Shown: in pieces, positions 48,248 to 58,352 of the stretch | Layout: each line of letters begins with the position of its first letter | Position numbering within the stretch: position 1 is the first letter of the stretch | Source: an uncultured Gemmataceae bacterium | GTDB taxonomy: Bacteria > Planctomycetota > Planctomycetia > Gemmatales > Gemmataceae | Direction: 5' to 3' | DNA length: 64,000 nt | Assembly (NCBI GenBank): GCA_963750165.1 | Contig: CAVVPN010000003.1 | Coordinates: 1,728,001-1,792,000, forward strand | Program-made: the position numbers and the translations under genes | The notes under the pieces: model-generated | Told to the model about the DNA's origin: nothing | Database searches by the model: none | Seen by the model: only the letters and a program-made list of their open reading frames with translations

Positions 48248-51200
48248 ATGGACGAGCACCCCCACACGATGACGGAACCGGTCACCCTGTTCTCGCCCGA
48301 GGCGTCCGCCGGCGGCAGCGCCGCCGCGGAGCAGCAGCACATCGAGGAGCTGGCCGCACGCCTCGGCCTGGGACGGCCGCAGCTTTCGGCGCTGCACGCC
48401 GTCATGACCTGGGCGGCCTTCCTGCGTCCGTCCACCGAACCGCACGACCGCGAGCGCCTGCGCACTTACCTCGATCTCATGGGCTACCTGCCGGCCGACC
48501 GGAAGATTGTCGCCAGCGCCGAGCGCAGCCGCGACGCCATCGACGCGGCCGTGCCCACGCTCCTGGAGGGCTTCGTCCGTGGCGAGCTGGACGCCGAGAC
48601 GTTCCCGCAGGCCGATGATGGGCAGCAGTCCGCCCGCCTTGCCGGCCTCACCCCGTCACAGCTCGACCTGCTCGGATCCATCCTGCGCCACCAGCGCGCG
48701 CTCGACGGCGCCGACCTGCGCGACCTCCTGGCGCAGTTCCCGTTCCCGGTCACGTCGGTCAACTTCTTCGGCCGCTTCGTCGCCGGCGGCTGTGACGATC
48801 CGCGCAAGGCCATCCGCTATCTGCGCCTGTGTACACCCTTCTTCGTCCGCGTCCGTTCACTGCTGGAGGGGCTGTCCAACGACCGCTTTCGCTTCCTGGT
48901 CATCCAGGGCGTTTGCGCCGCCAAGGAGTACACGGACGACGAGCCGGAGGAGCCGGCCGCGCCGGACGGCAAGCAGCCCCCGACCGCCATCGCGCCGCCG
49001 GTGCTGGAGCAGCGACGCGGCCGAACTGCTACACGCCTCCATCGACAACGCCCACGACTTCGTCGGCGGCAGCGACGCGGCCGTGCCCACGCCGTTCCAG
49101 TGCGTCAAGGTGCCGGACGTGCCCGACTTCGCCATCGACCACATCGACCGGCACGAACAGGCACAACTCGCGGCGGAGTTCATGGACTGGCTGCTGACCG
49201 GCAACCGCGATGGTGCGCTGCTGCACCGCAAGGCGCTCGCGGTTGAGGCCGAGCGCGACTACCGCAAGACAAAGCGCGACCTGCAGCTGACCCGAAAGAA
49301 ACGCAAGAAACATCACCAGCGCTCTCCCGACGAGGACAACAAGAAGGCGATGTCCATCTGGGAGCGCGAGGACGCCCGGCTCGCCAAGGAGATCGAGGGG
49401 TTCGTCAGCCGGATCAAGGCGTACGACCGCGAGCGCGCCCGGCGCAAGACGATCCTGCAACAGCTCGACGCTGCCGAGGCCGGGCGCGCACGCATCCGCA
49501 AGTTCCGCGACGAGGTGGCGCAGGCGCGCGGCGACGGCAAGCGCATCGTCTTCACGCTGCTCGGCGGTGCCGACGCCGCGGTGTTCTGCAAGTACCTCGA
49601 CCGCGCCTTCTCGTCCCGCGTAGGACGGCTCTCCAGAGCCGTCCCATCAAAGAAGGACGGCTCTGGAGGGCCGTCCCACCAGGGCGTGAAATGGCTGCGC
49701 GCCGCCTCGTTCCTGCTGTCGCCGGCGGCGGCGCAGCTGATCCGCGCCAGCCGTGTGCAGGGCTTCGGCAGCGCCGTCGAACAGCAGTTACGCGACTTCC
49801 CCGTGGTGCCGGCGCAGCTGGGGCCGAGCGTCCGCTTCGTGCTGGAGCGCATGCTGCCCGAGCAGCATCGACCCGAAGCTCAGCATGCTCATCGATACGC
49901 TGTGCGCGCACGTCCGGCTGCCCGGCGCCACGTCGCGGAAGCACTTCACATACCTGGTCCGCAAGTGGAGCGGCAAGAAGGAGCCGAAGGCGGACGACTA
50001 CCTGCTGTACGCCTTCGAGCATGCGGCATTCCTTGGCGAGCCGAACCTGCAGGCGATCCTGCGCGTGCTGCGCGAGCTGGGCTTCGCGGACGTGCCGGCG
50101 CGCTGCAAGGTGCTGTCCACGGAGCGCTTCAACCATGCGCCGGCGATCCTCAATCAGTTCCAGGTGTACGCGGCGTCATACCGGCCGAACAAGCTCGGGG
50201 CGCTGCCGGCGGTCTTCAAGGACATCGCCACGCTGGACGACTACCGCACGCTGCACCTCGACGCCTTCGGCATGGCCGCGGAGGTCAAGGTGCTCGAACG
50301 CCATCTGCTCGAGCGCGGCATCGTCTGCATCGTGGACACGACCAACTTCCACCCCGAGCTGGGCGCGGTGGTCATGGAGGAGAAGATCAAGGAGGACGTG
50401 GAGAAGACGCGCGAGGTCTGGGGCGACTATGTGCGGCCCCATGAGCGGCTGGTGCGCTCGTTCGCCCGGCGGCTCATGGAGGGTGCCGCGGCCGAGGAGC
50501 TGCGCGACTACTCGCTGGTGTGCGTCCGCAAGCCGGGCAAGCTCGACAAGATCTGGGAGACGCTGATCCGCAAGTTCCTCGGCATCGACATCAACCTGAC
50601 GCCGGACCTGGGCCTCATCAACAAGGTGCTCTCCGACCTGACCCTGCACGACGAGAACGTGCTGCTCGTCGTCGATGCCGAGTCGGTCAAGGACCTGGAG
50701 CAGTACCGGCAGTTCGTCGGTCTGCTGCAGCGCTACCACATCAAGGTGATCCTGCGCATGCGTGAGCCGCTGCCGGGGTTGCCACAGGTGCTGATTCAGC
50801 CGTTCATGGACGACGAGATCGCCGGCCGGTTGCTGACGGAGGAGCCGGCGCTGCGGCGCACGCTTGGCCTGGAGGAGCCGCTCAGCCCGGACATCTTCGA
50901 ATTCGCCGCGGCGCTGGTGAAGCGGACGCGGCGGCCGGATCAGGACAACCTCAACCTTGTACTGCACACGTTGAACGGGGCCGCCCAGCACGCGCGCATG
51001 GAGGGCTACCGCGGCCTGACCGAGCAGGACGTGGCCGCGGCGGCGCCGTCGATCTTCCACCTGCCCGATGGCGAACAGATTCGCCACCGCAAGACGGCCG
51101 TGGACAAGTTCATGGTCCGTGCCCCGCTGGAGGTGCTCGGCCAGGAGCAGGCGATCCGCACCGTCGGCGCCCGCATGAAGAGCCATGTGCTCGGCGTCCG

Positions 51201-52189
51201 CGACGTGGACCGGCCGCTGGCGCTGCTGCTGCCCGGTCCGACCGGCGTCGGCAAGACCGAGCTGATGATGAAGTTCGCCCTGGCGATGAACATGCCGTTC
51301 TTCCACGTCGAGGGAGCGCAGTTCTCCGAATCGCACACGGTGGCCCGGCTGATCGGCTCGCCGAGCGGCTACGTCGGCCCGGACAAGGGCATCCTGTATG
51401 TCTTCGCCGAGGAGAACGCCGCGGCCATCGTCTTCTTCGACGAGATCGAGAAGATGCACCCCGACGTGTACACGGCGCTGATGAACTACTTCGACGCGGG
51501 CATCCTGACGGCCGGCAACGGCGAGACGGTACGGCGGCCGGGGCACGTCATCGTCGGGGCCGCCAACGCCGGCGCCGAGCGGTTGCACCGGCACATGAGC
51601 GAGCGTCAGGTCAAGGACGTGCTCGCCGAGGCGTTCACCGACCGCTACGGCAATCGCCGGCCGGAGCTGGTGCGCCGCTTCGAGGCGATCCCGATGCTGG
51701 CGCTGGAGCAGGAGCACTTCCGCACGCTGCTGCGCTGCAGCCTGCAAACGCTCGGCAAGCGCTTCGGCTTCATCAACGCCAACCTGCGGCTGGTCGGCGT
51801 GGAGGACAGCGCAGTCGAACTGCTGTACGAGGCGTCGCGTGAGGTGTGTGCCTACAGCGAGGAGGGACTGCGGCGCATCGGCTTTGGCGACGGCGCCGCG
51901 GCGGGGGTGCGCGTCAGCACGCTGGCGCAGCTCGCCGCGCAGCGAGCTGTTCTTCGACATGCGGCACGTGAGCCGGGCGTTCGAGCAGCTGGGCGGCGAG
52001 TCGGTGCGGCAGTTCGCCGAGGAGCAATACGACCGCGGCTGGCACCGCCGTCGCAAACACCCTCGTCAGGTCAAGGTCGTCGGCGACCCGGTGCGTGGGC
52101 GGATTGTGCTGGTCGATGTCAAGGAGACGAACGGGCACACGTGCAACGGGCGGCTGGAGGCGGCGGTGCCGGGCGGGACGGAACGCTGA
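48248..52189 (+). CDS. Very large Clp/Hsp100-like AAA+ ATPase with unrecognised N-terminal region; apparent frameshifts near 49015, 49862 and 51940
   Basis: VLGQEQAI, GPTGVGKTEL, HTVARLIGSPSGYVG, IVFFDEIEKMHP, RPELVRRF. Host-like codon usage continues across four frames. Confidence 0.8.
49620..49679. repeat. 60-bp REP-like palindrome located in-frame inside the AAA+ gene
   Basis: gtaggacggctctccagagccgtcc-catcaaagaa-ggacggctctggagggccgtcccac: 25-bp arms with 2 mismatches. Confidence 0.85.
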
Positions 52190-52471
52190 GCCCGCAACGC
52201 CAGATCCAGGTCGGCAGGGCGCTGTTGCAGGTTACATCCGGCTCTTCCAATAGTTCGGGCAGCAGATTGCACATGACCGAAACCGAGTGGCAGACTGGCA
52301 CCGGGACAAGACCAGTGACCGCAAACTGCGGTTGTTCGCATCCGGCTGTTGTAAGCTTTGGGACGGTCTCGACGGGGATCATCGAGCCACGGCTGCTTGA
52401 TAAAACCCAGAAAGGAAAAAGGGTACGAGCATTTCCACGGTCTTTTGGGCCGTGCGGCAGCGGCAGGGGCG

Positions 52472-52945
52472 TTACGGCTGCGCCTTCTTCTCCGCCTGCA
52501 ACTGCTGCCGCCGGATGCGCTCCTGGCGGTAGCGCTCCGCGGTGCCGAGGTCGAACGGCGCGAACGGCTCCGACGGCACCTGTCGGTGGTGGGCGCCGCA
52601 GCGGTAGCACACGACCACGTCGCCGACCAGCAAATACAGGCCGCCGTCCAGGAGGGCCGAGCCGATGAGAATGCCCCACGTCCAGTACAACTCGCGGTTG
52701 GCGTAGGTGATGGCCGACAGCACGCACGCCAGCACCAGAATGGTCATGCCCAGCGCGTGCGGGAAGTTCTTCTTCTTGTACAACTCGGCGTTGCCGCAGA
52801 CGGCGCAGGCGGAGAGGTGATCGGAGACAGCCGACGGCTCCGCTTGCAACCGGTGGTCACAGGTCGGGCACTGCCAGGTCGGCGCCGCGTTCGGCCGCCA
52901 CGCTGCGGGAGCCTCACAGGTCGGACACAGAAAACGCACAATCAC
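52472..52945 (-). CDS. Multi-CxxC Zn-ribbon membrane protein
   Basis: CPTC, CPTC, CAVC, two TM helices, CYRC. Confidence 0.8.
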   Translation of the reverse strand: MIVRFLCPTCEAPAAWRPNAAPTWQCPTCDHRLQAEPSAVSDHLSACAVCGNAELYKKKNFPHALGMTILVLACVLSAITYANRELYWTWGILIGSALLDGGLYLLVGDVVVCYRCGAHHRQVPSEPFAPFDLGTAERYRQERIRRQQLQAEKKAQP

Positions 52946-52964
52946 GGGGTCAACCGCCTTGATG

Positions 52965-53714
52965 TCAGAGGGGTAAGCCGGTCTTGTAAAACAGCAGCTG
53001 ACCGGTCAGCTCGCCGAGGAAACACAGGATCACGACGACGTATAAAATGCCGGTCGCGGACTGCGTCGAGCGAATCTTGGCCGTCTCATACGCCATCCAG
53101 CCGAGCACCAGCGGGCCGACGAAGCCCAGCGCCCAGCGCACCGCCAGCAGCAGCAGTGTCTCCGTCTCCACGTTAGCAGTTGCCGCGTCGCCCGTCCACA
53201 GCCACAGCCCTGCGACCGCCAGCCCCAGCCGCAGCAGCGTGCTCACGCCGAGCGCCGCCAGCAGCCGCAGCAGCGGCGTCAGCGACATCGCCGGCGCGAT
53301 CAGGTACGAATGACCCATCAGCATCGCCGTTGTCGCACTGCCCAGCAGTGCCGCCGAGGTCAGGTCGTCGCCCCACAGCCACGGCAGCGCCGCCCGCGCT
53401 CCCTGCTCCGCACTGGTCAGCGCCAGCGCCGCCAGCGCCGCCGGCAGCGCCATCGCCAGCAGCACGCGCGTCCCGGGCGCCCCCTCCAGCAGCCACGCCA
53501 TCGAGCCCAGGAACGTCAACACGATCACCGCCAGCAGCGTCAGCCACAGCGCGAGCGAGGCCGTCTGATGCAGCAGCACCAGCGCCACCACGCCCAGGCC
53601 GAGGGCGGTCAGGAAGTGCGTGCGGAAGAAGCGCGGGTTGACCTGGGCCGGCGACAACAGCGGCAGACAGCCGAGCAGACCGCACGCCAGACGCAGACTG
53701 AAGATCGCGAACAT
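52965..53714 (-). CDS. Polytopic membrane protein of unknown function
   Basis: About 8 TM helices; AMLMGHSYLIAP.M, STQSATGILY. Confidence 0.8.
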   Translation of the reverse strand: MFAIFSLRLACGLLGCLPLLSPAQVNPRFFRTHFLTALGLGVVALVLLHQTASLALWLTLLAVIVLTFLGSMAWLLEGAPGTRVLLAMALPAALAALALTSAEQGARAALPWLWGDDLTSAALLGSATTAMLMGHSYLIAPAMSLTPLLRLLAALGVSTLLRLGLAVAGLWLWTGDAATANVETETLLLLAVRWALGFVGPLVLGWMAYETAKIRSTQSATGILYVVVILCFLGELTGQLLFYKTGLPL

Positions 53715-53717
53715 GCG

Positions 53718-54293
53718 TCAGTGGCCGCCGGAGATGAGGGCCATGAACTCGGCACGCGTCGATTCGTGGGTGATGAAACTGCCGCGCATGGCGCTGGTGA
53801 CGCAGACGCTGTCCGGCTTGCGGACGCCGCGGATCGTCATGCACGTGTGCGTGGCCTTCAGCACGACGCCGACGCCGCGCGCCCCCAGTTCGTTCACGAG
53901 CAGGTCCGCCAGGTCCTCGGTCATGCGCTCCTGCACCTGCGGCCGCCGCGACAGGATTTCCACTACCCGCGCCAGCTTGCTCAGGCCGACGATTTTGCCA
54001 TTCGGAATATACGCAATGTGCGCCTTGCCCATGAACGGCAGTAGATGGTGTTCACAGAAGGAATCGAAGCCGATGTTCTTGACGAGCACCATTTCGTTGT
54101 ACTTCTGGGTGAACGTCTTGCGAAGCGGCTCGCGGGCGTCCTTGCGCAAGCCGGCGAAGACCTCGGCGTACATGCGGGCGACGCGGTCGGGCGTCTCCAG
54201 CAGGCCCTCGCGGTCGGGGTTCTCGCCCACGGCGAGCAGGATTTCGCGGACGGCGGCGCGGATGCGGGCCTGATCGACCTTGGGTTCACTCAT
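53718..54293 (-). CDS. folE: GTP cyclohydrolase I
   Basis: GENPDREGLLETPDRVARMY, SFCEHHLLPF, GLSKLAR, QVQERMT, HTCMTIRGV. Confidence 0.97.
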   Translation of the reverse strand: MSEPKVDQARIRAAVREILLAVGENPDREGLLETPDRVARMYAEVFAGLRKDAREPLRKTFTQKYNEMVLVKNIGFDSFCEHHLLPFMGKAHIAYIPNGKIVGLSKLARVVEILSRRPQVQERMTEDLADLLVNELGARGVGVVLKATHTCMTIRGVRKPDSVCVTSAMRGSFITHESTRAEFMALISGGH

Positions 54294-55356
54294 GGATGCT
54301 GGGTCTCGGCGGCGAGGGTTGGATTCCTTGTTGATTATTAGGTGCTGCTGCTGGCTCGGTCAAGGACGGGCCGGCGCCGCCACGGCGATACCGGTCCAGC
54401 ACGCGCTGCAGCACCTCGTCGGCGATGGTGCCCAGCAACAGGGCCACGCCGAAGAACGTGAAAATCAGGTCGTCGGGGATGCGGAAAAAGAAGCAGAAGT
54501 TGTGCAACAACGGCAGCGCCGCGGCCCCGAGCAGCATGCCCAGCACGGTGCCCTCGCCGCCGCGCAGGCTGCAACCGCCCAGCACCGCCGCGGTGATGGC
54601 GTACAGCTCGAACCAGTTGCCGGCGGTGTTTGGGCTCGCCCCCTCCGCGTAGAAGACGTAAATGATGCCGCCCAGCCCCGCGGTCAGCGAACAGATCATG
54701 TACGCGAGGATTTTGTAGCGGTGCGTATCGACGCCGGCGTAGCGGGCCGCCTCCTCGTTGGCGCCGACGGCATACAGATAGCGGCCCCAGACGGTCCCGT
54801 GCAACAGCAGCGCGAACAGCCCCGCCAGCACCAGTACCAGCAGCAGCACCACCGGCACGCCGCCCACGCGCCCCTTCACCAAAAAGCTCAGCGTCTCCAG
54901 CTGGTCCGCGAACTGGGCGATACTCACGTCACGCGCCGAACCCTCCTTTGTCCACGTCAGCCAGCGGGCCAGGCCGCGGTAGATGAACAGACCGCACAAC
55001 GTCACCAGGAACGGCTGCAACCGCAGCTTCGTCACCAGCAAGCCGTTGACCAGGCCGATCCCCGGGCTCAGCGCCACCACCACCACCAGGGCTGTCCAAC
55101 CGTCCACGCCGCGCTCCACCAGCAGGGCGTAGCCCACCGCGGTCAGGCCGACCACCGAGCCGATCGACAGGTCAATGCCGCCGGCGATGATGAGCAGGCC
55201 CACGCCCAGCGCCAGCACGCCGCGCGCCCCGATCTGCTCGGCGACGTTGCCGAGGTTGGCCGCCGTGCCCGCCCGCCGATCCGCCAGCAGCAACGCCACG
55301 AACAGCACCACGACCAGGCCGGCGATGCCCAGCAACCGAATCAGCGTGCGCGTCAT
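54286..55356 (-). CDS. Sugar ABC transporter permease (RbsC family)
   Basis: GGIDLSIGS, PFLVTL, GRYLYAVGANEEAARYAGV, ELYAITAAVLGG.SL.GG.G. Confidence 0.93.
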   Translation of the reverse strand: MTRTLIRLLGIAGLVVVLFVALLLADRRAGTAANLGNVAEQIGARGVLALGVGLLIIAGGIDLSIGSVVGLTAVGYALLVERGVDGWTALVVVVALSPGIGLVNGLLVTKLRLQPFLVTLCGLFIYRGLARWLTWTKEGSARDVSIAQFADQLETLSFLVKGRVGGVPVVLLLVLVLAGLFALLLHGTVWGRYLYAVGANEEAARYAGVDTHRYKILAYMICSLTAGLGGIIYVFYAEGASPNTAGNWFELYAITAAVLGGCSLRGGEGTVLGMLLGAAALPLLHNFCFFFRIPDDLIFTFFGVALLLGTIADEVLQRVLDRYRRGGAGPSLTEPAAAPNNQQGIQPSPPRPSIHE

Positions 55357-56885
55357 GGCCGTCCGCCTCCCGTCGCCAGGTGCATGATCGCCTCCTCCGT
55401 CAACTCGGCCCGGCCCAGTCCCCCGGCCAGGCGGCCCTCGTGCAGCACCAGCACGCGGTCGCTGACGCCGATCACTTCCTCCAAATCGCTGGAGATCATC
55501 AGCACGGCCACGCCGTCACGGGCCAGGCCGTCCAGCAGCGCGTAAATCTCGCTTTTCGCACCCACGTCCACGCCGCGCGTCGGCTCGTCCACCAGCAGCA
55601 CCCGCGGCCGCCGCGCCAGCCATTTGCCGAGCACCACCTTTTGCTGATTGCCGCCGCTCAGCAGGCCGACCGGCTGGGCCAGGCTCGGCGTCCGCACGCG
55701 CAGGCGGCCGCAGATGTCGCGAGCCGTTGCCGCCTCGCGGCCGCGCGCCACCAAACCGCACACGCTCAGGTGGTCCAGGTTCGGCAGGCCGATGTTGTGC
55801 TGCACGCTGTCCTCCAGCAGCAGCCCGTGATGGCGGCGGTCCTCCGGCACCAGCACCAGCCCCGCGGCCAGCGCCGCGCGCGGCGACCGCAGCCGCACCG
55901 CCTGGCCGTCCAGCAGCACCGCGCCCGTGGTGACGGGACGCAGTCCGAACAGTGCCTCGGCCAGTTCGGTGCGGCCGGCGCCGACGAGTCCTGCCATGCC
56001 GACGATCTCGCCGCCACGCACCTCGAACGATACAGCGTGCGGCGGCCCGCCCTGGTAGCGGAGGTCGCGCAGCACCAGCCGCGGCGCGGCGGCCGTGGGG
56101 GGTGCGTGTTCGCGGTGGAAGAACTGCTGCAAATCGCGGCCGACCATGAGCCGCACCATCGCGTCGTGGCTGATGCCCGGGCCGCGGTCGCGGAACAACT
56201 CGCCGGCGTTGCGGCCGTCGCGCAGCACCACGACACGGTCGGCCACCGCCTGCACCTCCGCCAGCCGGTGCGAGATGTACACGACCGCCACGCCGCGCCG
56301 CTTCAGGCCGGCGATGACCTCGTAGAGCCGTTCCGTTTCGCGCTGCGACAGACTGGAGGTCGGCTCATCCATGATAAGGACGCGGACGCGCAGCGACAGC
56401 GAACGGGCGATCTCGACGAGCTGCCGCTGGCCTGGCGGCAGGTCGCTGGCGGGCGTGTCGGGCGGGCAGGTCAGGCCAACCTGGTCGAGCAGACCGCGGG
56501 CGGCGGTGCGCAGACGGCGGCGATCGAGCAGCGCCAGCGGGCCGCCCCAGCGCGGCTCGCGGCCCAGGAACAGGTTGTCGGCGACGCTCAGGTTGTCGGC
56601 GAGGTTGAGTTCCTGGTGAATCAGGCTGATGCCCTGCCGCAGCGCGGCCGCGACGTTGGGGAGATGAACCGGCGCACCGTCGAGCAGCAGGGCGCCGCGG
56701 TCGGGCTGGTGGACGCCGGCGAGGATGCGCATGAGCGTGGATTTGCCGGCGCCGTTCTCGCCGATGACTGCGAGCACCTCGCCGGCGTGCAGCGCCAGCG
56801 ACACGCTGGCCAGCGCCTGCACGCCGGGGAAGGCCTTGCTCACGTCGCGGACTTCGAGGAGCGGGTGGTCGGCCACGGGGGTCAC
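55353..56885 (-). CDS. Sugar ABC transporter ATP-binding protein (RbsA family)
   Basis: KAFPGVQAL, GENGAGKST, MDEPTSSL, ISHRL, LSGGNQQKV, DEPTRGVDVGAK; GTGA overlap with the upstream stop. Confidence 0.95.
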   Translation of the reverse strand: MTPVADHPLLEVRDVSKAFPGVQALASVSLALHAGEVLAVIGENGAGKSTLMRILAGVHQPDRGALLLDGAPVHLPNVAAALRQGISLIHQELNLADNLSVADNLFLGREPRWGGPLALLDRRRLRTAARGLLDQVGLTCPPDTPASDLPPGQRQLVEIARSLSLRVRVLIMDEPTSSLSQRETERLYEVIAGLKRRGVAVVYISHRLAEVQAVADRVVVLRDGRNAGELFRDRGPGISHDAMVRLMVGRDLQQFFHREHAPPTAAAPRLVLRDLRYQGGPPHAVSFEVRGGEIVGMAGLVGAGRTELAEALFGLRPVTTGAVLLDGQAVRLRSPRAALAAGLVLVPEDRRHHGLLLEDSVQHNIGLPNLDHLSVCGLVARGREAATARDICGRLRVRTPSLAQPVGLLSGGNQQKVVLGKWLARRPRVLLVDEPTRGVDVGAKSEIYALLDGLARDGVAVLMISSDLEEVIGVSDRVLVLHEGRLAGGLGRAELTEEAIMHLATGGGRP

Positions 56886-57886
56886 TTGCCCAGCAACTTG
56901 TTCAGGTTCGCGTGGAACTCGTCCACGTTGTCGCGGGTGATGCGCTTGTGGGCGATGTTGATTTTTTCGTCGGCGGGGATGCCCGATTTGTCGCCGCGGG
57001 CGATCTTCGCCATCAGCTTGACGCTTTGGTAGCCGAACTCGTACGGCTGCTGCACGATGGTGCCGTAAATGTGGCCGGCCTTGATGCCCTGCAGGGTGGT
57101 CTCGTCCTCGTCGAAACCGACGATCTTGACGACGTTGAGCTTGCCGGCGGCCTTGACCGCCTGGTAGCAGGCCGGGGCGTTCGGCGCCCACAGGCCGACC
57201 AGGCAAATGTTCGGCTCGTCCTTGAGCTCGACCAGCACGTCGCCGGCGTTCTTCTGCGCCATGGTGGCGTCGGTGCGGTCGAGGAACGGGCCGGTGCCGC
57301 CGGCTTCGCCGTGGAGGCGGTACTTGCCCAGCCGCGGCCCCTGCGCGTCTTTGACGCCGGCCAACTCGTCGAGAACGCCCTGGCGGCGCTGCTGCGCGTT
57401 CAGCGGCGTGATCTGGCCGACGAAGATGGCGATGACGCCGCCGTCGGGCATGCACTCCTTGACGAGCTTGCCGGCGTCACGGCCGGCGGCGTAGTTGTCG
57501 GTGCCGAGGTAGACCAACCGCTTGACGCCGGGGGCGTCGTTGTCCTGCGTGAGCAGGTTCGTCTTGCCGGCGACCTCGTTGAGGTAGTTGACCTGCTGAT
57601 CCGGCTTGATGACGCTGACGGCGATGGCGGAGACCTGCTGCACCAGCAGGGCGTCGATGATTTCCTTTTGCTTGGCGGGGTCGGGTTCGTCAGGGCGGCG
57701 GAAGAGCAGTTCCACGTCGCTCTCGTCGGCGGCCTTTTTGGCGCCGGCCTCGGCGATGGTCCAGAAGGTGGCGGCGTTGTTGGTGACGAAGCCGACCTGG
57801 GGCTTGCCGGAGGAGCGGTTGCACGCCGGCAGCAGGGCGGCGGCGGCCGCGACCGCCAGCACCCCGAGGATGCGTAGGATTTTCAT
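56882..57886 (-). CDS. Sugar ABC transporter substrate-binding lipoprotein
   Basis: Lipobox LPAC; FWTIAEAGA, YLGTDNYAAG, IVGFD, GTIVQQPYEFGY. Confidence 0.92.
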   Translation of the reverse strand: MKILRILGVLAVAAAAALLPACNRSSGKPQVGFVTNNAATFWTIAEAGAKKAADESDVELLFRRPDEPDPAKQKEIIDALLVQQVSAIAVSVIKPDQQVNYLNEVAGKTNLLTQDNDAPGVKRLVYLGTDNYAAGRDAGKLVKECMPDGGVIAIFVGQITPLNAQQRRQGVLDELAGVKDAQGPRLGKYRLHGEAGGTGPFLDRTDATMAQKNAGDVLVELKDEPNICLVGLWAPNAPACYQAVKAAGKLNVVKIVGFDEDETTLQGIKAGHIYGTIVQQPYEFGYQSVKLMAKIARGDKSGIPADEKINIAHKRITRDNVDEFHANLNKLLGK

Positions 57887-58054
57887 AAGGAGAGTCTCGA
57901 TTTCTCCGCGGTGCGGATCTGTGGCGTCGCTGGGTTCTGCGCACGGTGATGGTTTGAGGATACCGGAAAATCGCCGCCGTGCAAGGCGCCGCCGGCTCCG
58001 GGGCCAAGAACCCATTGCCTCCGGCTTGAGGCGCGCCGGAAACGTCATGTCCGG

Positions 58055-58250
58055 AGGCACGGGCTGACGTCCAGCGGCCTGCGCTGACAGAGCAAGGGGG
58101 CCAAGGGGGCCAAGGGGGCCATCTTTTTCAGACGTCGAGAATTGGCGCCCTGGTTCCGTACGGTTGGCACGGCGCGACCACCAGCGGCGGCGGTTGCCAC
58201 AGCAAGGGAGCCAAGGGAGCCAAGGGAGCCAACGTTTTCAGACGTCGAGT
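58055..58250 (-). repeat. Dispersed two-unit element, copy C (reverse orientation)
   Basis: caagggggc x3 and caagggagc x3, each followed by ttttcagacgtcgag. Confidence 0.85.
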
Positions 58251-58352
58251 GTGATCTGTGCGACTGCAACCGCTCCAATTGCCGCTTGTCCCGCGTCCGC
58301 CGGGGCCTTACCATGCGCTGGAGCAGGTTCCTCATCCAACATGAGTTGACAC

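Noticed and set aside
49000..52000. Programmed ribosomal frameshifting in the AAA+ gene
   Set aside because: No slippery heptamers seen, and similar breaks occur throughout the window, favouring sequence error.
55353..57455. 700-aa ABC ATPase with N-terminal extension
   Set aside because: The extension is an alternate frame of the upstream binding-protein gene; the real start is near 56885.
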